Below, piece after piece: positions 16,701 through 25,503 of a stretch of DNA of 64,000 bases. The notes under the pieces were generated by a model. That model saw nothing but the letters and a program-made list of their open reading frames with translations. It did no database searches and was not told where the DNA came from. Location of the stretch: the IMG/VR virus record IMGVR_UViG_3300015371_000001, positions 64,001 through 128,000 of that record, one strand, 5' to 3'. Origin of the DNA: a virus. How positions within the stretch are numbered: position 1 is the first letter of the stretch; each line of letters starts with the position of its first letter. The translations under genes and the position numbers were made by a program.

Positions 16701-18969
16701 CGAGCCTGCCGCTTGGTTCCGGAACGGTCAGGTAGGAGCCGGTGTCCCGATGGTGCGGGATACCTCCAGCCCGATCTCTGGTGGTGCCAGTGTCCGACTG
16801 GACCCGACGCCTACAGACGGCCAGACGATTGTCTCCTCGCCCATTGACGTGACACCTGACACTGCGTACCAGGTGTCCGTTCGGTTGAAGTCCAGCAACG
16901 ACCCGCCGACGACCACGCCACCATCGCCTCAGACGGTGGGCACGGTTGCTTCCGGTACGGCGGGTGTGACCCCAGGGCTCCCTTCAGGTACGTCGACCAA
17001 CGACATCCTCTTGCTCTACACGCAGTGCGCCGGAGGAGAGACGGTTGCGACACCGTCGGGTTACACGCTGGAGGCGTCCTCCTCGGTGGGCAGTGGTGCT
17101 ACCGGCACCAAGGCGCAGTTGTTCTGGAAGCGCGCAGGTGGCTCGGAGACGGCCCCAACGATTGCTGACCCAGGAGATCACGTCATCGCCATCATGCAGC
17201 GCGTGAGCGGCTGTGTGACGACAGGAAGCCCCTTCTCTGGCACTTCGGTGGCCAGCAATGAGGGCTCTGCCGATACCTCCGGCACCGTGACCGGCATGAC
17301 GACGTTGCACAACAACACGTTGGTCATGTCGTTCACTACTGGTCAGCGCACGGTGGCAGCCGACGGTACGACGGAGTATTCGGCGTACGCCAACTCGGAC
17401 CTCGCTTCCATCACGGAGTACATCGACCAAGTCCGGAACATCGGAATCGATGGCTCGATTGGTGTGGCTGGCGGTGTGGTCTCCGCTGCCGGAATGGTCG
17501 GCGACACGACGTACACGCAGGCTGGTGCGGCGCTCAAGGCGAGCATCATGTTCGCTCTGCAACCTGTTCCGATCATCGGTAGCGTCAACGTCAAGGTCGA
17601 AGTCCAGACGGCCCCGAACGAGACTGGTTTGGACACGGCACCGACGGTCCAGACGATCTACGCCTCGGGTGCAGGCACGACACCGATCACCGCAGAGATC
17701 GACGGTGGAGTATCGATCCCGAGTACGCATAAGTTCGCCAGGATCGCGCTCACTGGAAACCCGTTGGCCAGCCCGTACTCGGTCTGGTTTGACGATGTCG
17801 TCTTGGCCAAGATCGTCGGCACCGCGCAGATCGCTAACCTGGCTGTGATTGACGCCAAGATCCAGAACATGTCGGCCAGCAAGATCACGGTCGGCACGCT
17901 CCTGGCAGACATCACGTTGTCGGCCAGGATCAAGACAGCCGATGTAGGCCAGCGCTTCGAGGCCAACACCACGGGCGCGCAGGTCTACCGTTCCGATGGC
18001 ACCAAGGCGGCGGAGTTGTCGCCGTCGCAGTTGGCTACCTTCGCGATGGACGGCACGACAGCACTGTTCCAGGCGCTCTCGTCTACTGGCGCGATCATCC
18101 TTCGGTCGGGAACCAGCGGTCCTCGCATCGAGATCAACTCAACGGTGGACGCGGCGAGCTTCCGGCTCTACACCGGCTCAGCGGACCAGACGGCGACTCC
18201 GGCCAAGATCACCACGGACTTCAATGACGCTGCGAGTCCTCGTGAGGCCGAGCTAGACATCATCGGCCCGAACATCGGCCAGGACATCCCGCCGAAGATC
18301 GTGTTGCTCGGGAAGAAGGAGCTTGTCGGCGGTAACCCGAACAACAACACGGTTCAGGTCACTGGTGTCCGATCCTTCAAGGTGACGACGGCTAATCACG
18401 CGACTGATGCGATCTTGGTCAACGAGCAGACCGAGCGTGTGAACGTCGAGCCGCCGTGGGTCCTCCACACCCGCGACATTGCGTCGGACTCCTACATCGG
18501 TATGTCCGGTGATAGCTGGAATATGCGAGCTAGGAACCCACCGAGCGCGCCGGGTGCGTGGGGTCAGTGGTGGGGCACCAATGGCAACGTCGCGATGACG
18601 CTCGGCGGTGATGACTCGGTCCGTTCAACCAACGCCGCAGGTGGAACGTTCAAGCCGATGCAGGCCAGTGCGTACCAGACGCCTTCCGACATCAACATCA
18701 AGCGCAAGGTCAAGGACCTGCCTGCGGGGCAACTGGAGAAGCTGAAGAACCTCCGTACCATCAGCTTCGAATACAAGAACGACCCCGAGCAGGGCACCAA
18801 GCGTGGAGTCGTCGCGCAAGAGATCGCGGAGCACATCCCAGAGGCGCACTACGTCAACGACGAGGGCGCGCAAATGGTGGACATGATGGGTCTGACGACC
18901 ACCATCTTGGAAGCCATCAAGGAGTTGGCCGTCCGGATTGAGGTACTGGAGGAGAACAATGGAGCTTGA
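13720..18969 (+). CDS. large tail tip/fibre protein (Tal-like core, Fn3 repeats, CBM-like domain, C-terminal S74 intramolecular chaperone)
   Basis: 1749 aa; Fn3-like DTSTPSPP..ITVQW..YYVRLVAIDFMGN; SD..IK..V...RGVVAQE chaperone motif at the C-terminus. Confidence 0.85.
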   Translation: MAISLVGVTNAPGATAAVTTFATNVPAGVANGDLLLWTLVTNSINPATAQAGWSTWSTGTTTGLSQTTFWRYASSEPASYTATGLGSGRWGGAMVAYRGVDQTTPQDISFPASNQGTTATTYPQVSPITSGAWIVPIGSIVGPSAVVDVTWVAGNVDVLDTDAGSNTGSTNEFVCHGHELWTSGSFTPTGPTTGTTSTRTLGTTTVIRPSVGASNAVDHPTSATFGGPAEVVLIETIDIVTTAGATVSVGNPSREIVQVVSAGDTVVIDRPTAFTVGEGATETVSAPVIPTVSVIDTPNGVLIGGRSSGEAVDQGVTITPAPGTGTGLNVEVRRYLDDTNWVLIESSTTERKGYISVEASLLYDEPGFMNLVVDSQCAAEQGLADQVVIGIGLIYPQSASQEFARYTIESSQKEVLFDGRVAWTFSGRSFFARLEDAKVYPSAWPSPIPAGHGFVNATAGTQMRTLGARAQERGTIIDLDFETFTGVKTSDNQAWDKITSVEFGSGQSYLEALQDMITKGLCEAEMVGKSLRLYNADSTLSVHHSDIFFQSGDNLAQMDRETDSRDLGNVILIEGDQGAAQEYVDTGAVNNLGRRRERYVSHGGITDTGTLRVLAQAEADQYKQVLEEVNIEIAEFADYPQPFKDYKPGHWVWLQRDTGYQEVRVRQLSVSASGDKVSAAVTLNDKIAEQLLVLQRKIDAITGETQYGAISNPDKADTSTPSPPLGVTLTSSAYTLPSGTTNAQITVQWLAPVTNIDTTTLDDLGGFDIQYKLGTEAWTPMGEVDSATLSAYASGLPTGKQVQARVRAKDTSIHVSDWTFSNTTTTAGDGDPPDQPSTPVVSSAPLALRVDWDGLSATGGSMPNDVYQVWVCASKTSGFIPSAANRQQIMGKGQQTVYLIDLEYGATYYVRLVAIDFMGNTSPPSNEGSAVMPQIHTEDVADGLITELKLAQNAVTTDKIFPEAVTTEKLVVGAFAPTAIPNAGFEDAKSGNPTEPAAWFRNGQVGAGVPMVRDTSSPISGGASVRLDPTPTDGQTIVSSPIDVTPDTAYQVSVRLKSSNDPPTTTPPSPQTVGTVASGTAGVTPGLPSGTSTNDILLLYTQCAGGETVATPSGYTLEASSSVGSGATGTKAQLFWKRAGGSETAPTIADPGDHVIAIMQRVSGCVTTGSPFSGTSVASNEGSADTSGTVTGMTTLHNNTLVMSFTTGQRTVAADGTTEYSAYANSDLASITEYIDQVRNIGIDGSIGVAGGVVSAAGMVGDTTYTQAGAALKASIMFALQPVPIIGSVNVKVEVQTAPNETGLDTAPTVQTIYASGAGTTPITAEIDGGVSIPSTHKFARIALTGNPLASPYSVWFDDVVLAKIVGTAQIANLAVIDAKIQNMSASKITVGTLLADITLSARIKTADVGQRFEANTTGAQVYRSDGTKAAELSPSQLATFAMDGTTALFQALSSTGAIILRSGTSGPRIEINSTVDAASFRLYTGSADQTATPAKITTDFNDAASPREAELDIIGPNIGQDIPPKIVLLGKKELVGGNPNNNTVQVTGVRSFKVTTANHATDAILVNEQTERVNVEPPWVLHTRDIASDSYIGMSGDSWNMRARNPPSAPGAWGQWWGTNGNVAMTLGGDDSVRSTNAAGGTFKPMQASAYQTPSDINIKRKVKDLPAGQLEKLKNLRTISFEYKNDPEQGTKRGVVAQEIAEHIPEAHYVNDEGAQMVDMMGLTTTILEAIKELAVRIEVLEENNGA

Positions 18970-19192
18970 GTCGAGTGAGGCGTTCCTGCTTGACCAGACG
19001 CAGGTGTTCATCGCGCAGATCGAGGAGTGTCAGGCGATGGTGCAGCACGCCGTGGCTCGGTCGGCTCACAACGCGGCGCTGGCCAGTCACTACCGGACTG
19101 AGTTGACCAAGACGAAAGAGGCGTTGCAGGAAGCTCAGACCCTCCTCGCCACGCTCCGTGGCACCCCGGATACCAGCGACACCGATAATTAA
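18959..19192 (+). CDS. small coiled-coil protein
   Basis: RBS GGAGGAG; helical sequence. Confidence 0.6.
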   Translation: MELESSEAFLLDQTQVFIAQIEECQAMVQHAVARSAHNAALASHYRTELTKTKEALQEAQTLLATLRGTPDTSDTDN

Positions 19193-19256
19193 GGCGTGTT
19201 CCCCCCGCTCTAGACCTTGGTGGGGGAAGCCGAGGTGTCCCGTCTAGGAGGCTGGG

Positions 19257-19664
19257 GTGAGAAACAAGTGGCTGCGCTGGGCGATGGTTGCGGTGTTGCC
19301 GGTCTCCATGTCCGCCATTGGGCTGGTCTACATCTTCGGGGACCCCGAGAGGACGACAAACTCCGTGGCCTACGACGTGCATAAGGCGGTACTTCCGGTT
19401 CCGGTGTGGGGATTGTTCTTCCTGGCCATTGGGCTCTGGGAGTTGGCGGCTGCCGTCTTGAAGAACCAGTCACAGATGGTCCTAGCTAAGAGTGCCGGTG
19501 CTGGTTTTTGCTTCCTGTGGGCGTTGATGTTGGCCGGTAGCTTGCTGTTGAACCCGGACGAGGCTCCTCTGATTGCTCCTCTGTTGTTCTTGATCGTAGG
19601 TTTGTACCATCTTGTCGTTGCCGGTGTTCTCCTGCGTGACCCTGACGTGATGAGCGGGGAGTAG
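19257..19664 (+). CDS. 4-TM membrane protein (lysis-region; paralog of 40572..41009)
   Basis: Hydrophobic; shares IG...FGDP.R.......DV.K...P...WG..FL..G..EL with 40572. Confidence 0.75.
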   Translation: MRNKWLRWAMVAVLPVSMSAIGLVYIFGDPERTTNSVAYDVHKAVLPVPVWGLFFLAIGLWELAAAVLKNQSQMVLAKSAGAGFCFLWALMLAGSLLLNPDEAPLIAPLLFLIVGLYHLVVAGVLLRDPDVMSGE

Positions 19665-20021
19665 ATGAACCCCCAGATCTTCAGCTATGTCGGCCTGGTC
19701 CTGGGCATCCTCGGGTTTGTTGCTGCTGGCTTGGTTTACTTCCGTGGAGCTTGGGATAAGGCCACGATCTCCAGCTTGAAGGAGTCTCGGGATGCGCTGC
19801 TTGTCTTGGACAAGCAGAAGGGCGACCAGATCGAAAAGTTGTCGAACCGGGTCGATCATCTAGAGACGGAGAACCAGCTACTCACTGCGCTGACCACCAA
19901 GGCACCGGACGTGGAGCGCCTGACCGAGACGCTGGAAGGTTACACCGAGGCCGTTGAGTCACAGACCAAGATGATCCAGGTGGGGCTGGGCAAGGTGCTG
20001 GAGGCGATCAATGGCCAGTGA
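19665..20021 (+). CDS. N-terminal TM + coiled-coil protein (lysis cassette-type)
   Basis: Single TM followed by a coiled coil. Confidence 0.7.
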   Translation: MNPQIFSYVGLVLGILGFVAAGLVYFRGAWDKATISSLKESRDALLVLDKQKGDQIEKLSNRVDHLETENQLLTALTTKAPDVERLTETLEGYTEAVESQTKMIQVGLGKVLEAINGQ

Positions 20022-20466
20022 GCGTGATCTGACCACCAAGGTCCTGGAGAAGGAGCAGGAAGTCCTGCACCTGGAGCGCCGGAAGGAACTGCTCCGACGC
20101 GCGTGGCGCATCATCGTGGTGGTGCTGGCTTGCGGACTGGTCGTTCTTTTGTCGTCCGTACTGCTGAAGATTAAGGACGCGGCTGAGTCGGCGGAGCACG
20201 CAGCCAAGTCAGCCGACGAGACGACCGCGATCATCAAGTCCTGTACGACGCCCAACGGGAAGTGCGCCAAGGAGGGACAGGAGGCGCAGCGTGATGCTAT
20301 CGGCAAGATCGGTGAGATCATCTACTTCTCGGCCATCTGTCAGACGCAGTTGGAGCACGAGTTCGAGCCGAACAATTACCCGGACAGTAAGTTGATCGAT
20401 TGTGTAGCTGCGAAGCTGTTCCCGGCGCAGGCACGGGATGGTTCTGTCTCAAACAGCGAAGGATAG
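20011..20466 (+). CDS. membrane protein with Cys-containing ectodomain
   Basis: One TM; SCTTPNGKC and later Cys residues. Confidence 0.7.
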   Translation: MASERDLTTKVLEKEQEVLHLERRKELLRRAWRIIVVVLACGLVVLLSSVLLKIKDAAESAEHAAKSADETTAIIKSCTTPNGKCAKEGQEAQRDAIGKIGEIIYFSAICQTQLEHEFEPNNYPDSKLIDCVAAKLFPAQARDGSVSNSEG

Positions 20467-20502
20467 TTGGCAGTACTGAGGAGTAGGTTCTACCCTGGCA
20501 GC

Positions 20503-20802
20503 ATGAAGCGTGTGCTCATCGGAGCGGCGCTCGCAGCTACCGCTCCCCTCATCATGACATCTCCGGCCCAAGCGGACACGGAGAACTGCGCCTCTATGGC
20601 GGAGTACGACCAACTCCACTCTCTGATGTCTCCGGGATCGGTTTCGGCGTTGTTTGACATCGACGGCTGGTACATCGGCGAGAACGACAACGTGTTCAAG
20701 CGCGGCTACAAGCCGTGCTGGAACCCCGATGACAAGAAGATCGTTGTGGCCTACGACATCGATACGGCGCTGTCTGTTTGGTGGGACGTTCGCGACCGGT
20801 AG
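20503..20802 (+). CDS. secreted small protein, tandem paralog 1 (possible BLIP/SmpA-like fold)
   Basis: Signal peptide ..PAQA-DT; C....EY..L...MS...V..LFD..G. Confidence 0.75.
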   Translation: MKRVLIGAALAATAPLIMTSPAQADTENCASMAEYDQLHSLMSPGSVSALFDIDGWYIGENDNVFKRGYKPCWNPDDKKIVVAYDIDTALSVWWDVRDR

Positions 20803-20828
20803 TGGTACGGTCCTTCTAGGATTGGCCC

Positions 20829-21128
20829 ATGAAGCGCGTCCTCGTGGGGGCGGCGCTTACGGTGATTGCTCCCGTACTTGTCTGTCCGTCAGCCCAGGCG
20901 GACACGCCGAACTGTGCGTCGCGCCTGGAGTACACCGTCTTGCATCTGCTGATGTCTCCCACCTCCGTGGCGAACCTGTTCGATGTCTCCGGCTGGCGGA
21001 TCGGGGAGACCGACAACGTGTTCAAACGGGGGTATAAGCCATGCTGGGCTCCCAAGCGCAAGAAGATCGTGGTCGTCTACGACATCGACACCGGGCTCTC
21101 CATTCGGTGGCACATTCGCGACCGGTGA
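20829..21128 (+). CDS. secreted small protein, tandem paralog 2
   Basis: Highly similar to 20503 (IGE.DNVFKRGYKPCW...KKIVV.YDIDT.LS..W..RDR). Confidence 0.8.
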   Translation: MKRVLVGAALTVIAPVLVCPSAQADTPNCASRLEYTVLHLLMSPTSVANLFDVSGWRIGETDNVFKRGYKPCWAPKRKKIVVVYDIDTGLSIRWHIRDR

Positions 21129-21181
21129 TCCGATAAGCCTTGTTGAGGCTGGGCAACCTGCTCGGCACCGGGAGGTATCGG

Positions 21182-21559
21182 ATGGATAGTCAACTCGGAG
21201 GAGAGCCGGTCACCCTGACGACGGCGCTCCAGGCGTTGCTCGCCGCCCTGGTGGCGTGGAACACCTTCGACCTGTCCCAGGAGCAGGCCGGTCTCATCAT
21301 GGCCGTCGCTGCGGCTGTGATCGCGGTCTATCGTGCCTGGGTCACTCGGGACACGATCCTGTCGGTCGGCCTTGGAGCAGTGAGCGCCATCATCGCGCTC
21401 GCGGCTGGGTACGGATACGTCCTCACCGACAATCAGATGGCGGCGGTGACCGGACTGGCAGCCGTGATCATCGGACTCGTCCAGCAGAATCGGACTGATC
21501 CGCTGGCATCTCCAACGTTCGCCAACGGTGCTGCGGCAGGCCCCAGATACGGCACGTAA
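21182..21559 (+). CDS. holin-like 4-TM protein (internally duplicated)
   Basis: EPV...LS.EQ.G.I and LT.NQ.A.V repeats, as in actinophage holins; RBS GGAGG. Confidence 0.65.
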   Translation: MDSQLGGEPVTLTTALQALLAALVAWNTFDLSQEQAGLIMAVAAAVIAVYRAWVTRDTILSVGLGAVSAIIALAAGYGYVLTDNQMAAVTGLAAVIIGLVQQNRTDPLASPTFANGAAAGPRYGT

Positions 21560-21577
21560 GCACTGCGTTGTATGGCG

Positions 21578-21614
21578 TCAGCCCCGTGTCCCTCTCGGAA
21601 GGACACGGGGCTGA
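21578..21614 (+). terminator. stem-loop terminator ending the tail/lysis region
   Basis: TCAGCCCCGTGTCC / GGACACGGGGCTGA 14-bp inverted repeat. Confidence 0.75.
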
Positions 21615-21653
21615 TGGTTGCCTATCGGACAACAACGATGTAATTCTTAGGGC

Positions 21654-22046
21654 ATGACGAAGCAGCTAATGGTTGAGGTTGAGCCTTTTGCTGCTGTTCG
21701 AAACCAGGCGCTCATGGCCTTCGGAGAGGACCCGGCCTACGCCGTCTCGATGGCGAAGCAGGCCAACACGATCCTCAACAAGCGGGCGGTGTGGCAGCTT
21801 CGCCTGGAGCTACGGGAAGCAGAAGCCAAGGCTCGGACGCTGTGTAATGCGTCCGGGTCTTTCGTATGTCGGGCTACGACTCCATGCGGGACCGGGGACT
21901 GCAAGTTCGCTGTCGGCGACTTGACGCTCCTGGAGGTGGACGACCCCACGGGGGACACCAGACGGCCACAGCGGAGTCAAGCCGGTCCGTACTCACTGGA
22001 GTCTGCCTTGCCGTCGCTCAAAGCGCTCCGGTCCTCGGCGGCGTAG
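21654..22046 (+). CDS. hypothetical Cys-rich protein
   Basis: ORF fills the gap; C..C..C..C cluster. Confidence 0.6.
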   Translation: MTKQLMVEVEPFAAVRNQALMAFGEDPAYAVSMAKQANTILNKRAVWQLRLELREAEAKARTLCNASGSFVCRATTPCGTGDCKFAVGDLTLLEVDDPTGDTRRPQRSQAGPYSLESALPSLKALRSSAA

Positions 22047-22080
22047 AACAGCAACACTTTTGGAACGGCCCTAGGTATCA

Positions 22081-23736
22081 GTGAGTGTGGCACTCGACGT
22101 AGCCGCCCTCCAGAAGCTCATGGCCGATGACAAGGCCCGTACTGAGGCTGCCCAGAGGGTCAAGCAGGCTCATGACTTCGATCTGCCAGCACTTCAATCC
22201 TGGAACTACGAGCCGTGCCGTCGGCACAGGGGTGAACGGACGCCTGTCCCCCTGTGCCGTCAGTGTGGGATCGTGTTCCGGCGACACCAACGTGTCGGCA
22301 TCCCTTGGCTCTACCTGACCAAGATGGCGCTGCTGGCTGACTTCGTCGGCTCGGGTAAGACGGTTCACGCCGGGGGACTGTTCGCCTTGATGCAGGAGAC
22401 CGGCGAGTTCGAGCACCGACGGGGTGTGGTTGTGGTGGGTCGACCGGCAGCCATTCTTCAGTGGCAGTCGGAGTTGAACCGGATGGTGCCTCGGCTCGAC
22501 GTGGCGGCGGCTGTCGGCTCTCGGCAGCGCCGGATCGAAACGTACCTGCATCCGTGGGACGTAATGTTGATCGGTCCGCAGATGTTGATTAACGACTACG
22601 ACACTCTGACGAGGTTTCCGATCAGCACCTTGGTGCTGGACGACCTGGACCCGCTGCGGAACCGTGAGACCAAGACGGCCTACACGATCCGGCAGTTGAA
22701 CCGGGAGGTCATGCTGGACCGGCTCGTGGTGATGTCGGCGACGCCGCTCCAGAAGAAGCTCCACGAGCTTTACCACATCCTGGAGATCGTCGGCGGTGAC
22801 TCGGTGCTGGGAACGCCGAAGCAGTTCGATCTTCGGTACGTCCGGCGCGAGAAGGTGACGGTCTACAACGAGGAGTCAGGCCGCACCTCGCAGCAAGAGC
22901 AGTTCCAGGGCTACAAGCGGTTGCCGGAGTTCAAGCGCCGGATCGCTCCCTTCACGCTGCGGCGTACGCCGGACGATCTCGATGACGTGTCGATCCCGAG
23001 GATCAATCCGGTTGATCACTGGCTGACGCTTCACGAGGGACAGGCCGAGCGGTACGCCGAGCTTCAGAGCGGCATCGTCTCCTACATTCGATCTGACGAG
23101 TTCGGACGCGCTTCAGAGATCAAGCGACAGGCTGGAGCGATGAAGCGGCTCCATGCTGCGGCTGCCATCTGTGATGGGCTCGGGACGCTGGGTCTGCCCG
23201 ACGGGCCGGGGGCTTCGGTCAAACTCGACTGGTTGATTGATGAGTTGACCGGCGACCTGGCCGACGAGAAGGCAGTCACCTTCGCGCTCTACAAGCCGAC
23301 GATCCAGGTGATTCAAGCTCGACTTGAGGTTGAGGGTATCGGGTACGAGACGATCTGGGGTCAGGACCGCAATCCCGAGCACCGCAAGGCAGCGATTGAG
23401 CGGTTCTGGGATGACCCGAGTTGTCGGATCATGCTCGGGACCACGGCCATCGAGCAGTCTGTCAACCTTCAGTGCGCTCGTCACTTGGTCAATGTCGGCC
23501 AGATCATGAACCCGGCCAGGATGCTTCAGCTTGCTGGTCGGATCGCACGGGACGGCTCGGCGTACCAGCACGTCTGGGTCCACAACCTTCGCTGTGTCGG
23601 CACTCATGAGGAGCGCTGGCTGCGCAAGCTGGAGCGCGAGCAGGCGTTGGCCAACTACATTTGGGATGAGTCGAACGATCTGTTCAAGGCCATCTCTCCG
23701 CTAGAGCTACTACAAATGATTGGTGATGTGGGATGA
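22081..23736 (+). CDS. SNF2/SF2 helicase-like ATPase
   Basis: HQRVG, LADFVGSGKT, MSATPLQ, QSVNLQCA, QLAGRIAR motifs. Confidence 0.9.
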   Translation: MSVALDVAALQKLMADDKARTEAAQRVKQAHDFDLPALQSWNYEPCRRHRGERTPVPLCRQCGIVFRRHQRVGIPWLYLTKMALLADFVGSGKTVHAGGLFALMQETGEFEHRRGVVVVGRPAAILQWQSELNRMVPRLDVAAAVGSRQRRIETYLHPWDVMLIGPQMLINDYDTLTRFPISTLVLDDLDPLRNRETKTAYTIRQLNREVMLDRLVVMSATPLQKKLHELYHILEIVGGDSVLGTPKQFDLRYVRREKVTVYNEESGRTSQQEQFQGYKRLPEFKRRIAPFTLRRTPDDLDDVSIPRINPVDHWLTLHEGQAERYAELQSGIVSYIRSDEFGRASEIKRQAGAMKRLHAAAAICDGLGTLGLPDGPGASVKLDWLIDELTGDLADEKAVTFALYKPTIQVIQARLEVEGIGYETIWGQDRNPEHRKAAIERFWDDPSCRIMLGTTAIEQSVNLQCARHLVNVGQIMNPARMLQLAGRIARDGSAYQHVWVHNLRCVGTHEERWLRKLEREQALANYIWDESNDLFKAISPLELLQMIGDVG

Positions 23737-23978
23737 CAGATCGACTCATGACAGGGACGGCCTACCTCCAGGTCCGGAAGGATTGGGGCTCGACGTGCCG
23801 AGTCGTTCGAGCGACGCAGAACAGTCCCAGCGTGCTCGCCGATGGGTGCATCGTCGTCAAGGTCCGTATTTCTGTTCCGGCTAAAGCGTGGGAGCCACTG
23901 ACCATCGAGTTGCCGGTCGAGGTCCCTGCGGAGAAGGTTGTTCGCCCGACGCTAGAGGTGGAGGACGCCGATGGCTGA
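23733..23978 (+). CDS. hypothetical protein
   Basis: ATGA-coupled ORF. Confidence 0.6.
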   Translation: MTDRLMTGTAYLQVRKDWGSTCRVVRATQNSPSVLADGCIVVKVRISVPAKAWEPLTIELPVEVPAEKVVRPTLEVEDADG

Positions 23979-24333
23979 CTGTGTGTTCTGTGAGTTGGCC
24001 GACGAGGCTCGTGAGCGCGGCGAGACAACCTGGTCGAGCGATCAGCCGTGGTTCATCATCGAGGAGAGTGAGAACTACCCGGAGTTCTCGCCGGTCGTGC
24101 CTGGCCATTTCATGACGGTGCCGACGTATCACTACGACACTGCGATCTCCGAGCCGTACATCGCCGGGTATGCGGTCACTCGTGCTGTGGCGGAGGCCGA
24201 GAGTCGGTCGATTGATGACTTCAACGTGATCATCAACAACGGGGCGGCGGCTGGGCAGACGGTGTTCCACCTGCATGTGCATGTCGTTCCACGCTCGGCG
24301 GACGACGGAGTGGCGATGCCCTGGAGTCCGTAA
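23971..24333 (+). CDS. HIT family nucleotide hydrolase
   Basis: DCVFC, PGH...VP..H, NG..AGQTVFHLHVHVVPR histidine triad. Confidence 0.95.
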   Translation: MADCVFCELADEARERGETTWSSDQPWFIIEESENYPEFSPVVPGHFMTVPTYHYDTAISEPYIAGYAVTRAVAEAESRSIDDFNVIINNGAAAGQTVFHLHVHVVPRSADDGVAMPWSP

Positions 24334-25290
24334 GTGACTGAGATGACGGTCGAGCAGCAGAGGCTCGTTACTGACCACATCTACATCGCCGACACGATGG
24401 CGGTGAAGGTGTGGCGGACCGCTCCATACGCGCTGGAGCTAGACGAGTTGAAGTCTCTGGCCTACATGGGGCTGGTCATGGCGGCGGTGCGGTGGGAGCC
24501 GTACTGCGAGGAGCGAGGCTTCGATCCAACGCACCTCCAGTACTTCGTGGCGTTCGCTCAGCGTCGGTCCAAGGGTGCTGTCATGGACGCCTTGCGGACT
24601 CAGGATTGGGCCAATCGGTCGTTGCGCTCGCGTTACAAGATGCTTCAGGAGGCAGGACTAGAGCGGGGAGCCACCGAGACGGAGATGGCTTCGAAGTCAG
24701 GGCTATCGATGGCGGAGGTGCGCAGCACCAAGCTCGGGATGGCTCGCAGGCCGGTCAGTCTCGACACGAGTGAGGTGGACGTAGGGGGAGCACCGGGGAC
24801 GGTCGAGTCCTCGGTGCTGGCGACCGAGTTGCTGAAGTCGACGGTGGCAGCGGTCGAGCAGTTGGACGAAGTCAGTCAGACGGTGATTGCGCTCCGCTAC
24901 TACTCCGGCATGGAGATCAAAGAGGTGGCGGCTCAGATGGGGCTCACCGAGTCGAGGGCGTCGCACATTCACACCGACGCCGTCCTCAAAGTGCATGAGG
25001 TTCTGAAGCAGACGGCGATGGGAGAGCGGAACGTGGAGATCATCTACAACGTGCAGTCGGTCAAGAACGTGGACCCCGGCAAGTGGAAGTGGTTCCGTAA
25101 GACGACGCCGACCAAGATGTTGCCAGCCAGGGGGCCGTGCAAGATCATCACCGTGGGGAACGTGCCGGTCTCCCTGCCAGCGGGTTGGGAGGGGTTTGTT
25201 GCAGTGGACAGTGAAGGATTCCCTTACCCGGTGGACGGGCTGGTCCATGCGGACACGTACGAGGAGACGGAGGCACCCGATGAGCCGTGA
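24334..25290 (+). CDS. FliA/WhiG (sigma-28)-like sigma factor with an extra C-terminal domain
   Basis: DEL.SLAYMGL, F..FA..R.KGA.MD.LR..DW..RS.R, region-4 LRYY.G..IKEVA..MGLTESR.S.IH. Confidence 0.9.
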   Translation: MTEMTVEQQRLVTDHIYIADTMAVKVWRTAPYALELDELKSLAYMGLVMAAVRWEPYCEERGFDPTHLQYFVAFAQRRSKGAVMDALRTQDWANRSLRSRYKMLQEAGLERGATETEMASKSGLSMAEVRSTKLGMARRPVSLDTSEVDVGGAPGTVESSVLATELLKSTVAAVEQLDEVSQTVIALRYYSGMEIKEVAAQMGLTESRASHIHTDAVLKVHEVLKQTAMGERNVEIIYNVQSVKNVDPGKWKWFRKTTPTKMLPARGPCKIITVGNVPVSLPAGWEGFVAVDSEGFPYPVDGLVHADTYEETEAPDEP

Positions 25291-25426
25291 GGAGCAACTG
25301 GCGCTGGCCGAGCATCTGGCCGATACTTACCCTGACCGACCTGTCTACGCGAGGCGTGTGGAGACGCTGCGCTGGCTGATGGAGCACTTCCCCTACGAGG
25401 GGTCGAAGATCTTGGTATGGGACTAG
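25280..25426 (+). CDS. small hypothetical protein
   Basis: RBS GGAGG; overlapping ORF. Confidence 0.5.
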   Translation: MSREEQLALAEHLADTYPDRPVYARRVETLRWLMEHFPYEGSKILVWD

Positions 25427-25503
25427 ACAGAAAAGCCGATATAGAGGTAGCATGTCTCCTAGCGGCCCAAGTGGGCTGACTACAACTAGGAGAACAAAAC
25501 AGG

